Origin: a virus
IMG/VR virus record: IMGVR_UViG_3300002461_000870
Span: 1-10,964 of that record
Reading direction: 5' to 3' (one strand)
DNA: 10,964 nt
Positions 10,963 to 10,964 of the stretch are shown here, piece after piece. Numbering within the stretch: position 1 is the first letter of the stretch; every line of letters begins with the position of its first letter. Made by a program: the position numbers and the translations under genes. The notes under the pieces are model-generated. The model did no database searches. It was not told the origin of the DNA and saw nothing but the letters and a program-made list of their open reading frames with translations.

Positions 10963-10964
10963 AG
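10871..10964. repeat. Terminal redundancy, copy 2 (identical to 1-94)
   Basis: Same comparison as copy 1. The window ends at the ATG/AAG of the next gene, exactly as at 89-94. Confidence 0.95.

Noticed and set aside
1-10964. Filamentous phage (inovirus) interpretation: RCR Rep, small hydrophobic proteins and a P-loop ATPase
   Set aside because: The ATPase is only 207 aa, has an FtsK-like SQRP motif and lacks the C-terminal TM domain of Zot/pI. The element also encodes TM-less beta-rich proteins of 327, 262 and 155 aa and an SLT enzyme, none of which is expected in inoviruses. No obvious g3p-like Gly-rich adsorption protein or ssDNA-binding gene arrangement is present.
1-10964. Search for tRNA, rRNA, CRISPR arrays, integrase/recombinase, DNA polymerase, terminase, portal or tail genes
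   Set aside because: No cloverleaf-like or repeat-spacer structure was seen by eye, and no ORF has the matching size or motifs. The absence of these features is part of the classification argument, not a feature in itself.

Overview
The window is one complete, circularly permuted copy of a small GC-rich replicon of about 10,870 bp, plus a 94-bp end overlap (1-94 is identical to 10871-10964). GC is roughly mid-60s percent by eye and was not computed. The gene content reads as a tail-less, internal-membrane icosahedral phage of the double-jelly-roll (PRD1/PM2, Varidnaviria) lineage that replicates by rolling circle. I call 24 CDS, and 11 of them carry a predicted transmembrane (TM) segment. The layout has four parts. 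(i) A leftward two-gene regulator operon on the minus strand (1987->1209) encodes an XRE helix-turn-helix protein with a hydrophobic C-terminus and a second HTH protein. (ii) A mirrored back-to-back promoter pair lies at 2015-2084. (iii) A rightward early operon (2166-4410) encodes four small proteins and ends in a 436-aa HUH / Y-x3-Y superfamily-I Rep. (iv) A low-GC non-coding gap (4411-4564) precedes a late operon of about 7.5 kb that is almost gap-free, translationally coupled, and runs through the junction (4565 -> 10962 = 92 -> 1236). The late operon encodes a 207-aa FtsK/HerA-type P-loop ATPase and a 327-aa beta-rich candidate double-jelly-roll major capsid protein. It also encodes two further beta-rich vertex/spike-like proteins, a membrane-anchored SLT lytic transglycosylase, and about ten small or membrane-anchored proteins. 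Four of these small proteins fall below the ORF-track length cutoff. I saw no integrase, DNA polymerase, terminase, portal, tail genes, tRNA, rRNA or CRISPR. The three-operon layout, the RCR Rep and the ~10-kb circle most resemble corticovirus PM2. Only Rep, the ATPase, the SLT and the XRE HTH can be assigned from motifs alone. All structural assignments are inferences that need structure prediction or HMM searches.
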